Shown: one piece after another, positions 40,534 through 41,573 of the stretch
How positions within the stretch are numbered: position 1 is the stretch's first letter
Layout of the letters: the number at the start of each line of letters is the position of its first letter
Virus record (IMG/VR): IMGVR_UViG_3300012933_000109
Coordinates: 1 to 41,573 of that record
Reading direction: 5' to 3' (one strand)
Source of the DNA: a virus
Lineage: Duplodnaviria; Caudoviricetes
DNA length: 41,573 nt
The notes under the pieces: generated by a model
Seen by the model: only the letters and a program-made list of their open reading frames with translations
The model's database searches: none
What the model was told of the DNA's origin: nothing
Program-made: the position numbers and the translations under genes

Positions 40534-40741
40534 TGTGTTCTCCAATATCACAGCGCGGCTTTACCACGTCCTTGTAGATTTGGTAGAGCTTATGGCCGAT
40601 CAACAGTGTTGTGTAGATGAGCGTGGCCCACAACACGAGTTCATTCACAGAGTAGCCAGCTACTGTTGCGATTGACACGGAAGTGGGTGGGCCTAACTTG
40701 GTTACAACCGCCGCAGCGGTTTCAGTTTTGTGGTCGGTCAT
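40517..40741 (-). CDS. Holin
   Basis: 74 aa; PP.....TVAGYSVNELVLWATLIYT.L.I hydrophobic segments and a charged tail; T7 gp17.5 position. Confidence 0.8.
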   Translation of the reverse strand: MTDHKTETAAAVVTKLGPPTSVSIATVAGYSVNELVLWATLIYTTLLIGHKLYQIYKDVVKPRCDIGEHNDKGN

Positions 40742-41055
40742 GGCTTCGGATATTTATCTTTTACAGCTTGACACGCTGCAATGTATGCGTCAACTTGCGC
40801 TTGGTCGCCCTTCACTACACCATCAAGGTAGTCAGTAATTGGCGGGTATTCAGCTTCGCGGTCGCGTTGATACTGTGTAGCGTTATGCTGTAAAAGCAAT
40901 TGCTGCATTTCATTTTCAACAGCTTCTTTTGATGGTTTTGTGGATTCGTCCCCTAACCAAATTAAGCCATCATACGTGTGAGATTCCAAACCAAATGGCT
41001 GGCCACCAGCCAAGTTTGTGATCGCTTCGTGCATGCCGTTACTATAAATTTTCAT
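40738..41055 (-). CDS. Tail fibre assembly/chaperone-like protein
   Basis: 105 aa; W......KPS..........YQRDR.AEYP...D.LD.......C.AVK.KYPKP pattern, found downstream of fibres; ATGA overlaps. Confidence 0.65.
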   Translation of the reverse strand: MKIYSNGMHEAITNLAGGQPFGLESHTYDGLIWLGDESTKPSKEAVENEMQQLLLQHNATQYQRDREAEYPPITDYLDGVVKGDQAQVDAYIAACQAVKDKYPKP

Positions 41056-41573
41056 CCTGCAATCTCCCTAACTAGCATAGTTGACATGCCGTATCTGTTT
41101 ATGTACCCACCATACGTTCCCCCCGGACTTGAGCCTGATTGGTTTGCCATTTGCAAATAATAAGTCCATACATCACCAGCATCTTGAGCAGTGTGCCACC
41201 CTTGAATTGGGTGCTTTGCAATATGGTGCTCTTGATTGTTACCTTCGTATTCGTGAAACTGTTGGTTAGTTAAAATCCCTACAGAAACTCCATTTTTATA
41301 CGCATGTATCCGCATTTCAATGGCAGGGTAGTTTCCACCGGTTCTATCCATTGAACCGACAGCCTCAATAACAACAATCGAGTTTGCCAATTTTGTTGTT
41401 AGTTGCACGGCTACTGCGTCAACCCATACACCTACCGAACTACCCAAACTATATTCGCTTGTAGATGCACCAGTCTTTTGTTGAACAAATGCACCTGCAC
41501 CAAAGTTTGCGCGGGCTGCACCCGCTGCCAAACCAGTAGCAGGCACCTTGCTATCGCTGGTGAGCCGCGCAGC
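41052..41573 (-). CDS. C-terminal (receptor-binding) portion of a tail fibre; starts outside the window
   Basis: Frame is open from 41573 (AARLTSDSKVPATG...); beta-sandwich-like domain ending STMLVREIAG; followed by chaperone and holin. Confidence 0.75.
   Translation of the reverse strand, partial: AARLTSDSKVPATGLAAGAARANFGAGAFVQQKTGASTSEYSLGSSVGVWVDAVAVQLTTKLANSIVVIEAVGSMDRTGGNYPAIEMRIHAYKNGVSVGILTNQQFHEYEGNNQEHHIAKHPIQGWHTAQDAGDVWTYYLQMANQSGSSPGGTYGGYINRYGMSTMLVREIAG

Noticed and set aside
37546-40741. Holin separated from the endolysin by the terminase genes
   Set aside because: A holin ahead of the terminase genes is normal in T7-supergroup phages; not novel.
1-41573. Integrase, repressor, intron, intein or homing endonuclease
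   Set aside because: None recognised; polymerase, RNAP, helicase and terminase are uninterrupted and of normal length, consistent with a strictly lytic phage.

Overview
Near-complete, circularly permuted genome of a lytic T7-supergroup podophage (Autographiviridae) with phiKMV-like layout. The single-subunit RNA polymerase sits at the END of the replication module, and every credible gene is on the minus strand. In transcription order, a non-coding genome-end region (~35500-36250) is followed by six host extended -10 promoters and a structured early leader with two RNase III-like stems. Next come ~16 small early genes, then primase, helicase, family A DNA polymerase, nucleases, a DUF5664 diphosphohydrolase, ligase and RNAP. 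These are followed by a MazG-like gene, portal, scaffold, capsid, tail tubes, three internal virion proteins and a tail fibre that runs off base 1. The right end holds the rest of the late region (fibre C-terminus, chaperone, holin, terminases, SwmB-like protein, lysozyme, a GNAT, spanins). The two window ends do not join in frame, so part of the fibre region is missing. A 14-nt phage promoter core (ATCCATATAACGCA, minus strand) can be read directly from the sequence. The best find is a 54-aa gene missed by the ORF track (22520-22684), translationally coupled at both ends. It ends in ...LVCNRDQTGDTTCEACQ-stop and looks like a free-standing copy of the redox-active C-terminal tail of a host class Ia ribonucleotide reductase, although the window encodes no RNR. 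Other leads are a PII-fold SAM-lyase-like early protein, two structured non-coding early RNA segments, an HExxH protease module in the largest ejection protein, and a GNAT inserted into the lysis cassette. All family assignments come from motif recognition and synteny; no database search was run.
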